Shown piece by piece: positions 49,934-63,086 of a DNA stretch of 64,000 nt (positions within the stretch are counted from its first letter, which is position 1; each line of letters begins with the position of its first letter). The stretch is from Octopus sinensis (taxonomy: Eukaryota). The stretch lies in NCBI RefSeq assembly GCF_006345805.1, contig NC_043010.1, positions 66,030,001 to 66,094,000 on the forward strand, written 5' to 3'. The translations under genes and the position numbers were made by a program. The notes beneath the pieces were generated by a model. The model ran no database searches. It was not told where the DNA came from and was given only the letters and a program-made list of their open reading frames with translations.

Positions 49934-50354
49934 GGCAATCTTTCGTCTCTAGTAGACCTTTCCGTCGATTTCCGTAAAATTTTTTTTTTTTTTATATAGG
50001 CTTGCGGGAACTTTTGAAGTAATGAGAGCGAAAGAGACTAAGAGAAAGCGATTGTATGACGAGGGAAGTTCTTTTGAAGTTACCGTGCATGGCAAGCATT
50101 GATGGACATGTGTGTGTGTGTGTGTGTGTTTGATGGGGTATGGGAGACAGACAGTATGTTGTGTAAGTGAAGTGCTTCTGTTAGTGTGTGTGAAGAGACA
50201 GAGTAATGTGTGAAAGAGAGAGATAACTGAAATTTTTTACTCGGTGTATGTGTATATGTATGTAAATTACTTCAAAAGTTCCCGCAAGCCCATATGTAAA
50301 AAAAAAATTTTTACGGAAATTGACGGAAAGGTCTACTAGAGACGAAAGATCGCC
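49934..50354. mobile_element. MITE with ~90-bp TIRs and 8-bp TSD (Merlin/MULE/hAT-type)
   Basis: GGCAATCTTTCGTCTCTAGTAG... / ...CTACTAGAGACGAAAGATCGCC, flanked by AGTTCTTT on both sides. Confidence 0.85.
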
Positions 50355-50724
50355 AGTTCTTTATTACATAAATAATCGTAAAATGTTATTGAATAAAGAA
50401 AACTATTTGTTTGAAAATTCGTCATATAAAGGCGGTACGTCTATTTATTTGGTCATTTGTTTATTTATTCTAAACTTGTTTTGTGAATTCTGTTATTTAT
50501 GAACTCTAACATCACAGAAGTATTTCGATCAGCTACTGCCGTTTCTTTTCCCAACAATGTCGCAAATACTGTTTATATATATATATTTTTTTTAATATCT
50601 AAATGGAAAAAAAATTTTCTGTTTTACGGAAAATGGAGGCAGCAAAATGTTCAAACTTGAAATTTTTCTAAAAAAAAAAAAAAATTGTTGTTTTACCGAA
50701 AAAGGTTTAATAAAATGCTGATAT

Positions 50725-52602
50725 ATTTATTTAGACATTGCAGGATTAAAACAAGTTACCTTTAACCTCTACAGATGCAAGAGGTGCTTGAAGTGGTGGC
50801 CATTAGCATCCAGACACTTATTAGATTAATACAAAGTTACCTTTAACTTTTTCGCCTTTTTTTATGGCTTGACAATTTCACGGATTCATGATGAGTTCGA
50901 AACACAGGGTACTTTGCATGATGTGCAGAAAGGGAAATCCAGCTGATCTCTTACAGTAACAAGTGCTTCTTCCTCGGCTATGGTGTTGAAACATTTCACA
51001 CACGCGCCATTGAAGTCTACCACACAGTACAAGTATGCAACGCATTGTTAAAAGAGCTAAGTGGAAAGTTTGTATCTCAAGATTATTACATGCAGTTATC
51101 GGCGACTGTCCTGATAAAAGAATCTAGTTTTGTGAGTGGTTTCAACACATAGAAGGCAATGACGAAAAGTTTGAAAGGACGATTGCATGCTCTGATGAAG
51201 CACGATTAGCTAAATGGAAGTGAACTGACATATTTGTGTTTACTGGGCACCAGAAAATCCTTGCTTGCATGTGGACAAAGCAGTTGATTTACCGGGGATT
51301 TATGTCTGGTGTGGAGTGCCATCAAGAGGTCTCATTGCATCATTTTTCTTTGAAGGTACTTTTACTGATCAAGCGTACCTAGACATGCAGTGCACGTCCA
51401 TTTTACCAGCCAGGCATGCACTTTATGACGGTGATGAATTTTTCTGTCAAGACTGCCACACTTTTGCCGAGACGTGCGAGCTTACCTGGATGAGAATTTA
51501 CAAGAACACTGGATAAGAATCTTCCACACATTCTTCTAATATAACACCTGCAGACTTTTATTTGTGGGGCACCTTAAACAATGTTGCATATCGCAGAAAA
51601 CCGGAAACAGTGATGGCCCTTTGGAAAGAAACTAAAAAAGAATGTGTAGCAATCTCTCCGGACATTTTGGACCAACATTGCTCAAGCAGAAGTTCGCCAT
51701 ACTAATAAGTCACCAGAAGCTAATGGTCACCACTTTAAGAAACACTTGTAATTGTAGAGGTTAAAGGTAACTTGTATTAAAGGCGGCGAGCTGGCAGAAA
51801 CGTTAGCACGCCGGGCGAAATGCTTAGCCGTATTTCGTCTGCCGTTACGTTCTGAGTTCAAATGCCGCCGAGGTCGACTTTGCCTTTCATCCTTTCGGGG
51901 TCGATAAATTAAGTACCAGTTACGCACTGAGGTCGATGTAATCGACTTAATCCGTTTGTCTGTCCTTGTTTGTCCCCCTCTATGTTTAGCCCCTTGTGGG
52001 TAGTAAAGAAATAGGCATTTCGTCTACCGCTACGTTCTGAGTTCAAATGCCGCCGAGGTCGACTTTGCCTTTCATCCTTTCGGGGTCGATAAATTAAGTA
52101 CCAGTTACGCACTGAGGTCGATGTAATCGACTTAATCCGTTTGTCTGTCCTTGTTTGTCCCCCTCTATGTTTAGCCCCTTGTGGGTAGTAAAGAAATAGG
52201 CATTTCGTCTACCGCTACGTTCTAAGTTCAAATTCCGCCGAGGTCGACTTTGCCTTTCATCCTTTCGGGGTCGATAAATTAAGTACCAGTTACGCACTGG
52301 AGTCGATATAATCGACTTAATCCGTTTGTCTGTCCTTGTTTGTCCCCTCTATGTTTAGCCCCTTGTGGGTAGTAAAGAAATAGGTATTTCATCTACCGCT
52401 ACGTTCTAAGTTCAAATTCCGCCGAGGTCGACTTTGCCTTTCATCCTTTCGGGGTCGATTAAATAAGTACCAGTTATGCACTGGAGTCGATATAATCGAC
52501 TTAATCCGTTTGTTTGTCCTTGTTTGTCCTCTCTGTGTTTAGCCCCTTGTGGGTAGTAAAGAAATAGGTAACTTGTATTAATCCTGCAATGTCTGAATAA
52601 AT
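50725..52602 (+). mobile_element. Decayed Tc1/mariner-superfamily element with ~85-bp TIRs; right TIR split by a SINE array
   Basis: TIACSDEA..CVYWAPENP..LPGIYVWCG..FFFEGT..YLDM..DFYLWG..KPET; TIR ...GACATTGCAGGATTAAAACAAGTTACCTTTAACCTCTACA mirrored at 51750-51780 plus 52582-52602. Confidence 0.8.
51781..52568 (+). mobile_element. SINE family B tetramer (one head plus four ~185-bp units) with 16-bp TSD
   Basis: Units start at 51831, 52016, 52201, 52385; AGGTAACTTGTATTAA at 51765-51780 and 52566-52581. Confidence 0.9.
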
Positions 52603-54269
52603 TTAATATCAAAATATTTCTACACGTTTCCTTTTTTGAAGTATGTGCGAGCGTGTGTGTATACATTAATACATATGACAGAGTAGTTAAAAATGACTAC
52701 ATCTATGAATTATATAAAATATAAAATATTAATTATACAAAACAACTAATTTAATTAATTGCTTACACAAGGGCGTCGAACAAATGAATTATCAAACGAA
52801 CAGAAATTACTTTCATACAGGTTTTTTCAGAATTCACAGCGCTTTCACTCATATCTTTAAAAATAAAACATCTTTCCCATAGATATTTTAGGAAAGGCTT
52901 CAACCTTGTATTACATCTGACGTTACTAGATGTGTAACACAAAAGAATTACTATAGAGTGTAGTTAAGGAGTTCAGACTATATATTTTTGACCTTCTGAA
53001 GTAGCTAATACTGAAGGTAAGTGACAGAATGCCGCCATACTGAAATTGTTTTCCATCGCTACATAAAAACTGCTGCACCTAATTTTTTTTCTTTGTATTT
53101 AAAGCGGTTTTCACCTTTTCATTTTATTTTATTTTGTATTGCTTCCTATACTGAAAACTTCATAAAAGAGACAGAGAAAAAAGAGAAATATTGAGGGAAG
53201 GGAGTACATGTGTCTTGTTATTATATCGAAAAGAAGGTGGTCGATATTTCGTACCCTCATCACAGGCGCTGTTGTTTCTCTGGAGATCAGACTATAATTT
53301 CTTAATTCGCGCTGGTTCATAGCGAAGACAACAGGGTTTATAACAAGTGAGGTTCAACTGGTATACCGGTCCGGCGCCCGGAGAGCTAGGGAGAACCTTG
53401 ATAACTATCCACCGGACCTCTCCCCCAAAAGACAAAAAAAAACCCAAAATTACAGCTATTTGAATTTTAAAGTTTTGAGAGAATACTCCTCTTTTCTAGA
53501 CACAAAAATGGTCTTATGTGTGTTGCCAAATTTCTGTTAGAGGAATTGCGTTCAAGTCTATGAACCGAGGCAATACTGGATTTAGATGAAGAGTGTTTCT
53601 GGACTATTCCCCTTGTGGGGGCCCCTCACTATATCCAGTCCTCACCAGTAGATATAATTCTATATATTGCTTGAAGTACTCTAGATTTTGAGACCCTAAG
53701 CTTCGTTTCTGGCAAATCTGTTAGTAAATTCAACTCTGAACCTAAGGATTATATCGGAGTTTTTGAAATGGCTAACGCAACCTTATGGGGAAAGAAAAGG
53801 GCGCGAAATTGAGGACCAAAAATGTGTAAAATCTAACTTGAAAAAAAAAAAAAGATCAGAATCGTAATTTCTGTTACAAAAAACATGGAAAACGCAGGAA
53901 AACTAAAATATAAAGAAGATTGTGGGGAACCTCTTTCAATTCTATATTCGTTTCTTCCCCCACGAAGTACAGATAATCATTCCAAAACTCTACCTTGATT
54001 GCAATGTACCCCAACTCCCAATGTATTATTCTTTAATAAAAAGAAACCCTTCAGGTGCTTCCCATTCTATATCTACCTACGTATTTTTTCTAATGTCTCC
54101 CAAAGGAAAAAAATCATCACGCCCTCTTAACATTTCTGTGACAATTTTGTTTAACATGATGGACTGGCGACTTCATAAGTATAAGGGATTGACATTTAGA
54201 ATTCTTGAATTCTTTTAAGATGTTTATCCAGAAGCGAATGTTGGCATTTGTTCTTGTTAGAATAGGTTT

Positions 54270-54670
54270 TAATGGCAGAAACGTTAGCACGCCGGGCGAA
54301 ACGCTTAGCGATATTTCGTCTGTCTTTACGTTCTGAGTTCAAAGTCCACCGAGGTCGACTTTGCTTTTCATCCTTTCGGAGTCGATAAAATAAGTACCAG
54401 TTGCGTACTAGGGTCGATCTAATCGACTGCTCCCCTCCTCCCCCAAAATTTTGGACCTTCTGCCTAGAGTAGAAAAGAATTGTTAGCACGCCGGACGAAA
54501 TACAGAACGACGTTTCTTCTGGCACTGAGTTCACATTTTGCCGAGGACGACTACCTTGCTTTTCATCAAATCGAAATCGATAAAATAAGTACCAGTCACG
54601 CACTGGGATCAATGTAATGGACTATTCCTTCCCACGAAATTTCAGGCCTTGTGCCTATAGTAGAGAGGAT
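54270..54670 (+). mobile_element. Two SINE B copies in tandem (alternative tail)
   Basis: Two GTTAGCACGCCGG(G/A)CGAAA heads at ~54280 and ~54482. Confidence 0.7.
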
Positions 54671-54677
54671 TCTTGTT

Positions 54678-54708
<31 letters not shown>

Positions 54709-54852
54709 TAATAATCATAATAATAATAATAACAACAACAACACTCTCTATCTTCTAAACATCAGAGATTCGGAATCTATATACAATTTTCCTTACAATA
54801 ATTTTTTTTTTAAATGAGAAACTGATAGGGGTTAGTGTGTTTCTAACTGCAG

Positions 54853-54921
<69 letters not shown>

Positions 54922-55034
54922 CACACACGCATGTATATATACATGTAGATGTAGGTACGTACATATATGTTTGTATGTATGCATATATTTTATTTATTAC
55001 ACTATATATATATATGCATACACATATATATGCA

Positions 55035-55098
<64 letters not shown>

Positions 55099-55328
55099 GA
55101 GAGAGAGGGATATGTGTGTATGTATGTATGTATGTATTTATATGTATATAAATTAGAGAAGAACCACCATTAATCCATTCAACAATGATATACTTAAATC
55201 ATACCATATAGAAAAATATAATTACCTAAAACTAAATAAAGTACTAAATAATAAATAAATAGTATATAATTAGTAAATAGACTATGTGCGTTTCTTGGCT
55301 ATATTTAAATTATATATATATGTATGAG

Positions 55329-55360
<32 letters not shown>

Positions 55361-55984
55361 TGTATGTATGTATGTATGTATGTATGTATGTATGTACATA
55401 CGTACACACACCCACGTCTTTTGCTTTGGGACTTTATTTTTATCCTTAATAAACTGTAACCTAAAATAACATCCTTTGTTTCCCCATAAATTTTCGGAAA
55501 AGGGGAAACAGCTATAACTTCCAAAGTGTAAACAAACTACATTTTTATGCACTTCAAACAACAAAAGTACCACAAACGAAACCCAACCCCTCCCCGTTAT
55601 TAACCCTTTATCAGATTTTAATTAAAAATAACAATAATAATAATCATTAAATAATGAAAACCTTTTATTTTTTTTTATTAGAAAAAAATGGCGTAACAAG
55701 AACGTTATAGAGTGGTTAAAAATATTCACACTGAAGCAAATAGGTGACGAGAATTTTCCATATCAAATAGAAATATTCAATAGCATTGAATTGGTAAGTT
55801 TTTGTTGAGAATGTTGTAACACGGGTCTGTAGAGTTTAGAACAAAGCAAGGACTGTTCTGCTACGTTGGACATATGTTATCAGCTGTCATCATGTCAGAT
55901 GTAAACGTTTATAAAATATGCTTGATATATCAAATTCTGATTAATATTTTATACTGCATAGTCAATCTGTTTGTCTATTTGCCA

Positions 55985-55985
55985 T

Positions 55986-56046
<61 letters not shown>

Positions 56047-56109
56047 ATCTATCTATCTATCTATCTTACTATCTATCTATCTTATATCTATCTATCATCT
56101 ATCTATCTA

Positions 56110-56151
<42 letters not shown>

Positions 56152-56186
56152 AATCTATCTATCTCTCTCTCTCTCTCTACCTCTTT

Positions 56187-56225
<39 letters not shown>
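55985..56225. repeat. (CTAT)n/(CTGT)n/(CT)n/(TA)n compound microsatellite
   Basis: Direct reading. Confidence 0.9.
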
Positions 56226-56230
<5 letters not shown>

Positions 56231-56341
56231 CCAGAGTAAACACATAAATGTGAAACAAGGTGGAATAAAGAGTACTCAAATACCAGGGGTATAGTATCCG
56301 AGTAATAGGTTTTGTTGAATTTCTGCTGCTTTTAAATAAAG

Positions 56342-56372
<31 letters not shown>

Positions 56373-56565
56373 CTGTTTACCTGTATTTTATCTGTCTTTC
56401 TCTTTATCCATCTATTTGTCTATCTATCTGTCTGTCTCTGCCTGCCTACCTATATAACTACCTATGTATCTGTTTGTGTCTATCTATCAACAGGTTTGTC
56501 TATATCTATACGTCTGTCTGTGTATCTATCTACATAATTGTCTATTTCTACATGTCTGCCTATGT

Positions 56566-56602
<37 letters not shown>

Positions 56603-56603
<1 letters not shown>

Positions 56604-57600
56604 GTCGCATTGCTCTCAAGCAACTATGCCATCCCGGGTCGACCCTGAATGACTGCAGCAGAACCAAAGCATTATATAGGGAATTAATGGAGGGGAGGTA
56701 CAACAATGATCTCAGGGCGGACCTGGGCGTCGACAAGGAATACCTGACCCGCCTGTTCAAGAAGACTTTTGGGCCAGGCCCTAGGGACAATTTCCAGAGA
56801 TCCCTGGCCTGGCAGTGCTATTGAGAAGCACTACCCATTCGGTATAAGATCTACAAGCATGGCTTGAGAAACACAGGGCCAACCTGCCCGAGATGCAGTC
56901 AGAGTGACGAAACCATTCTGCATGCACTTGTACAGTGTCCCACCATTTCCGACTTGTAGACCTATGTCGAATGACTGCTGTCACGTGCAGGATGAGCCAG
57001 TTTATCAACCGAGTCTATCATGAATATTATCGCGCCTCCTTCCTTGAAACGGGAAAGAAGAGCCATTTTCATCGTACTTGTGGCTATGGCAAAAGAATGT
57101 GTATGGTGGTCGCATCTGAAAGCCCTAGAGTCAAACACTTTCCTCTCTGGTCAATCTCTCATCAACTTCAAGTATCACTTGAAGAGGAAGGTGAGAGTAG
57201 AGAGGGAAGTTTTGTCTAGTGAATGTTTCACAAAAAGATGGGTGAATGAAGCAAGGATGGCAAGTGAGAATGACGGAGCCACCTTGAGAATAATCCTATG
57301 AACCAAAAAAAGAAGGGAAAAAAAGAGAGACACTTACTGTAATGTGTTTTTTTGCATGTATTGCCCAAGGTTACCGTGGTCTTTTCCGTAGGCTTTTCTT
57401 TCCACGGATAAACCTAATCTGTTTCCCCTTTTTACATTATGACATTTCTGTTATACACGATCCCTATTGATCGGCCTTTTTATTTTTCCACGATCTCTTT
57501 TGATCGAAATTCTACCTGACCCTTTTTTTTTTTCTCCTTCTCAAAAAGAAAAGCTCTACTTTGTATTTTGTCCCCTCTGTGTTCGGCCCTGTTCTGTTTG
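56603..57600 (+). mobile_element. Tx1/L1-clade LINE 3' portion (ORF2 zf-RVT-like C-terminus plus 3' UTR)
   Basis: NFQRSLAWQCY*EALPIRYKIYKHG..TCPRCSQSDETILHALVQCP..MAKECVWW..KRKVRVERE..FTKRWV; ORF ends at 57301. Confidence 0.8.
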
Positions 57601-57650
57601 TACTAAAGGTTATACATATTTCACAGTTGTCCGTCTGCTTGTCTTTCCAG

Positions 57651-58060
57651 AAGGATGGAAGACTTTGGGGAGTCAGTACCACACCTCAGTCGACCATTGA
57701 TAAAAGTATCCATAGCACAAATACCAATCCCAGAGGTACCGTCACCAGAGGTATTAATACCGCCATCACCAACACATGCGATGCCGTCTCCACTAGTATT
57801 CACACCAGGGATACAAATGGAACAGCATGAGCCAACACAAGATGCACTCGTCACCACAGATACCAGTACCACCACCACTACCACCATCATCAGGGGTACC
57901 GTTATTACAAGTGTCCAAACCAGAACCACCACCAGCACCACCAGTACCACCAACACCACCACTACCACCACGACAGGCACCAGGGATACCATCATCACAA
58001 GAACCGAATTCATCACCAACAGCAACGCTAGAGGTACCACCAGGAGAAATACCGACACCG
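57651..58060 (+). CDS. Candidate internal exon of a Pro/Thr-rich (mucin-like or proline-rich) host protein
   Basis: Acceptor CTGCTTGTCTTTCCAG| at 57650, donor CCG|GTAAGT at 58061; the frame from 57652 is open throughout; not a simple repeat and matches no repeat family in the window. Confidence 0.5.
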
Positions 58061-58119
58061 GTAAGTTCTTTTATAAATGTATTGTCAATTAAAGAATAAC
58101 TCTTCTTGTATGTGTTGAA

Positions 58120-58380
58120 GGTGGTGGTGGTGGTGGTGGTGGTGGTGCTAGTGGTGGTATGGTGCTGGGGGGGGGGGTAGTGGTGGTGGTGGTATGGTGC
58201 TGGTGGTGGAGGTGGGGGGATAATGGTGGTGGTGGTAGTGGATGAGGAGGTGGTGGTGGTGGCGATGGTAGTGGTGGCGGCGGTGGTGGTGGAGGTGTTG
58301 GCGGTGGTGGTGTTGGCGGCAGTGGTGGTGGTGGTGGTGGTGGTGGTGGTGGTGGTGGTGGTGTTCATGCTGTTGTTGTT
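58120..58380. repeat. (GGT)n low-complexity tract
   Basis: Direct reading. Confidence 0.9.
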
Positions 58381-58609
58381 GATGTTGTTTAGCCCTGGTC
58401 AGCCTTGACCAAGAAGAAAGACTATAATCAAAGGGTGTTCCGGAACTGTGACCACCCCATCCCTTCTTCCTCCCTCCCTCCCTCCACAACATTATCTAAT
58501 GTGTCTACTGTTTCGAAGACCATACGGTGTGATTTGAGGGAGATTTGACTGCTGCTTCTAGCAAATCAAGTGACCATCTTGACCAATGGTGTCATTGCTG
58601 TTTGTTCCA

Positions 58610-58810
58610 AGGTGGCAGCATCATTAGCACACCAGGTGAAATACTTAACGGTATTTTGACTGCCACTATGTTCTGAGTTCAAATTCCGCCGAGGTCAACT
58701 TTGCCTTTCATCCTTTCGAGGTCGATTAAATAAAGTACCAGTTACGCACTGGGGTCAATGTAATCAGCTTAATCCCTTCCCAAAAGCTGTCCTTGTGGCG
58801 AAAATTTGAA
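58610..58810 (+). mobile_element. SINE family B
   Basis: B box and core GCCTTTCATCCTTTCGAGGTCGATTAAATAAAGTACCAG. Confidence 0.7.
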
Positions 58811-58885
58811 ACCATTGTTGTTTGTTCCCTTCTCGAGCCATCCCTGGCTCATTAGGGCCGATTTTTCTGGTTTTGTTGGCGTATA

Positions 58886-59298
58886 GGCGCAGGAGTGGCT
58901 GTGTGGTAAGTAGCTTGCTAACCAACCACATGGTTCCGGGTTCAGTCCCACTGCGTGGCATCTTGGGCAAGTGTCTTCTACTATAGCCCCGGGCCGACCA
59001 ATGCCTTGTGAGTGGATTTGGCAGACGGAAACTGAAAGAAGCCTGTCATATATATGTATATAATATATATATGTGTGTGTGTATATGTTTCTGTGTTTGT
59101 GTTTGTCCCCCTAGCATTGCCTGACAACCGATGCTGGTGTGTTTACGTCCCCGTTACTTAGCGGTTCGGCAAAAGAGACCGATAGAATAAGTACTGGGCT
59201 TACAAAGAATAAGTCCCGGGATCGATTTGCTCGACTAAAGGCGGTGCTCCAGCATAGCCGCAGTCAAATGACTGAAACAAGTAAAAGAGTAAAAGAGA
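58886..59298 (+). mobile_element. SINE family A, full length
   Basis: GGCGCAGGAGTGGCTGTGTGG...ACAAGTAAAAGAG, with GTATA on both flanks. Confidence 0.9.
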
Positions 59299-59304
59299 GA
59301 GTAA

Positions 59305-59532
59305 AGAGTATAGGTTCCCCCCCACCTGGATGGGATGCCAGTCCATTGCAGGTGAGCTACAAGATGCAGGAGGAAAGAGTGAGAGAAAGCTGTGGCGAAA
59401 GAGTCAGCAGAAGTTTGCCATTACCTCCTATTGGATCCGCGTGGAGCTTAGGTGTTTCACTCATAAACACACACATCGCCCGGTCTGAGATTTGAACCCA
59501 TGATCTCTCGACACTACGCCATGTGCCTCCAC
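59305..59532 (-). mobile_element. SINE family D, degraded
   Basis: GGATGGGATGCCAGTCCAT..GAGTGAGAGAAAG..GTGCCTCCAC as in 6262-6554. Confidence 0.6.
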
Positions 59533-59537
59533 TTGAT

Positions 59538-60266
59538 CAGTGGTACTCAACCATTTTTTTTTACCTCTGGACTCCTTTAATTCTTAGTTTACTCTCCTGG
59601 ACCTACATAGTCATTTGTTGTATATATATTTTTTAAAAAAGGGTCTTCTTGTACCTTTATAATTAAATATTATGAAATGTATAAAAAAAAGTCGTTAAAA
59701 TGTGTTTTTTTTTTACTTGTATTAGTCATTTGATTGTGGCCATGCTAGAGCACCGCCTTTAGTCAAACAAATCAACCACAGGACTTATTCTTTGTAAGCC
59801 TAGTACTTATTCTATCGACCTCTTTTGCTGAACTGCTAAGTTACAGGGATGTAAACACACCAACATCAGTTGTCAAGTGATGGTGGGGGGGACAAACACA
59901 GACACACAAACACACACATGCACACACACACGCATATATATATATATATATACGATGGGCTTCTTTCAGTTTCCATCTACCAAATCCACTCACAAGGCTT
60001 GGGTTGGCCCAAGGCTATAGAAGAAGAAACTTGCCCAAGGTGCCACGCAGTGGGACTGAACCCGGAACCATGTGGTTGGGAAGCAAGCCTTTGCCACACA
60101 AAAGTGTAACCAATTTATTGCAGATAAATTTTAACAGCAAAATCTTATAAGGACCTCTGAGGGCCAAATGAACCCATAAAGGCCATGTAGATGCCCAAAG
60201 GCCACATGGGCTCTCAACAACCACATGGGCCCCTTGATCCTTATGGACCCTGGTTGGAAACCACTG
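59538..60266. mobile_element. hAT (Charlie-like) MITE containing a SINE A (59720-60100, -)
   Basis: CAGTGGTACTCAACC ... GGTTGGAAACCACTG termini; TSD degraded. Confidence 0.65.
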
Positions 60267-60529
60267 ATTTAGATCTTTGTTTGCATGCTGTTATTATTGT
60301 TATTGTTGTTGTTATTTGGCCCCCACCCCCAAGGCAGCCTTGATCCAGCAGATTTAGGATAAAGACATTCCAGCTGTGATCATCCTGTCTTTTATTCAGG
60401 CATAGTGTATCAAGGACTACTTTTTCGAATGTCCTTTCATTTGTAAGACACAGTATGAAAGAAATTTAGCTGCTATTTCACATGTAGAAATTCCTTCGTC
60501 GTCGTCGTTGTTGTTGTTGTTGTTGTTGC

Positions 60530-60564
<35 letters not shown>

Positions 60565-60565
60565 C

Positions 60566-60600
<35 letters not shown>

Positions 60601-61089
60601 TTGTTGTTTAACCCTAGGTCAGTCCTAATCCAGCAGACTTATTATCAAAAGGCTTTCCAGCAATGACCCTCCCTTACCTTTTCTTTTGAAGCCGGTGCTG
60701 ATGCCGTGTAAAAGGCACCCAATCCCCTCTGTAGTGGTTGGCATTAGGAAGGGCATCCAGCCACAAAAACCCAAGCCAAAACAGACAGTGGAACTTGATG
60801 CTCTTGATCCTTTGTTTATTCAGCATCTCTGAGATGATGTGAGGAAAGGGGAAGTTCTCCTTGAACCAGTGCCCTATCATGAACACTAACAACAGAATGA
60901 ACCCCAACTAGAGGCACCTTAGGGTCCTGGCAATGTTGTTAAACCAATCAATAAATCAACTCTACAACCCAAAGACCCCGAACACAATTTTTTCCTAAAA
61001 TCAACTTATATTGTTTTCCAATACCAATGAATATTGATCACTATTAGGAAATGATATTGGTTCTTAAAATCAATACATAATAATTACCA

Positions 61090-61320
61090 ACATCATCATC
61101 ATCATCATCATCATCGCTTGACGTCCGTTCTCCATATCGGGGATCTGGGAAGCCAGAAGGCTGCACCAGGCTCCAGTTTTATCTGGCAATGTTTCTACAG
61201 CTGGATGCCCTTCCTAACGCCAACCACTCCGTGAGTGTAGTGGGTGCTTTTTACGTGCCACCCGCACAGGTGCCAGGCAAGGCTGGCAACGGCCACGGTC
61301 GGATTGGTGTATTTTACGTG
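61090..61320 (-). mobile_element. RTE 3' end fragment
   Basis: (CAT)n tail plus family body. Confidence 0.75.
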
Positions 61321-61340
61321 CCAATTGATTTATATTGAAG

Positions 61341-61599
61341 GTGTTTATGAGCCATTTAAAAAACACACAAAAGTCGTTAGATTCTCTTCACCATTTAAAT
61401 TTAATTTGTCAAAATATTTTCAGCGCTTTCAAACCAAACCGCAACCTGTTCACTGAGAAATTGCATGCTGCATCTCGGAATTTTCTCAGCAAACAGGTTG
61501 CGGTTGAAAAGTGACGAAAATATCTTGACAAATTAAAATATAAATGCTGAAGTGAATCTAATGGTTTTTGTGTGTTTTTTTTAAATGGCTTATAAACAC
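61341..61599. mobile_element. Old fold-back MITE (~125-bp imperfect arms)
   Basis: GTGTTTATGAGCCATTTAAAAAACACAC... / ...GTGTGTTTTTTTTAAATGGCTTATAAACAC. Confidence 0.7.
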
Positions 61600-61849
61600 G
61601 GTCCACACTGCAATTGTTTTTGTTTCAGTACACGTTCTCAGATCAAGTCACTTGCTATGCAAGTACATCTCTGTAATTGATTTATATTATCTTCTAAGAT
61701 CAAACTATACTGAGTTCTAAGATTGACTTCTGTTGTTTTCTAAGATTAGAATATATTAATTTTTCTTCATATTGATTTTTAAGATCAATTTACATTCACT
61801 CTTATATTGATTGTGAAAACTTACTTCTATTTTTTTTTTTACACATTCA

Positions 61850-62335
61850 AATCGAAATCAAATTCGATGACTGGCATCCATGCCAGTGGATGCTAAGAGC
61901 ACCATTCGAACATGATCATTGCCAGAGCAGCTAACTGGCTTTCATCCCAGTGACACATAAAAGGCACCATTCGAACGTGATCATTACCAGTGTCGCCTTA
62001 CTGGCACTTGTGCCAGTGGCACGTGAAAAAACATTCAAGCGAGGGCATTGCCAGTGCCGCTGGACTGGCTCCTGTGCAGGTGGCACATAAAAACCACCGT
62101 TTGAGTGTAGCCGTTGCCAGTACCATCTGACTGGCCTACATGCCGGTGGCATGTAAAAGCACCCACTACACTCTCGGAGTGGTTGGCATTAGGAAGGGCA
62201 TCCAGCTGTAGAAACTCTGCCAGATCAGATTGGAGCCTGGTGCAGCCATCTGGTTCGCCAGTCCTCAGACAAATCGTCCAACCCATGCTAGCATGGAAAG
62301 CAGATGTTAAGCGATGATGATGATGATGATGATAA
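61850..62335 (+). mobile_element. RTE 3' UTR fragment with (GAT)n tail
   Basis: GTGCC-N3-GGCAC repeats and the family 3' end. Confidence 0.8.
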
Positions 62336-62769
62336 ACTGTATGAATTTCAAAAATCAACTTACAGTAATTTATAATCTTTTAATCCATATTGTAGGTTTC
62401 ATTATTAATCCTTTTTATTATCATATTTTTATTAAAATACACATTTTTCTTTTCACTTAATTCCAAAAATAATGAAGAATACAGAGAAATAATTTTCTCA
62501 TTATCAAGCTGATTATTATTTCATTATTAATGAAATTTTGATGGGAGGTTTTAATTTAGACTTCAAAACAGAGTTTGTATCATAGAACCAGGAGCAGTTT
62601 CAAGCAGGTTGGTATCAAAAGGGTTCAATACATGGCAGAATAAGCTATGGATATTGTGGTACCTTGGGAGTATCATTATGCCAATAATAATAAACACAAA
62701 CACTGGTTCAATATCACTTCCTTATTGTTAGTCAATTGGTTAAATATTTAATTGACTAATTAGTCAATT

Positions 62770-63086
62770 ACTCTTTTACTCTTTTACTGGTTTCAGTCAT
62801 CTGACTGCGGCCATGCTGGAGCACCGCCTTTAATCGAGCAACTCGACCCTGGGACCTATTCTTTTGTAAGCCCAGTACTTATTCTATCAGTCTCTTTTGC
62901 CGAACCGCTAAGTAACGGGGACATAAACACACCAGCATCGGTTGTCAAGCAATGCTAGGGGGACAAACACAGACACAAAGACACACACATACATATATAT
63001 ATATATACATATATACGACAGGCTTCTTTCAGTTTCCGTCTGAAACAAGTAAGTAAACAAGCTACTTACCACACAGCCACTCCTGC
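62770..63086 (-). mobile_element. SINE family A with internal deletion
   Basis: Family consensus, reverse complement. Confidence 0.8.

Noticed and set aside
53020-54195. Possible transposon or LINE remnants
   Set aside because: No recognisable TIR, TSD or protein motif on manual translation.
57621-58368. Gly/Cys-rich minus-strand ORFs
   Set aside because: Antisense mirror of ACC/CCA-rich DNA; the splice signals favour the + strand.
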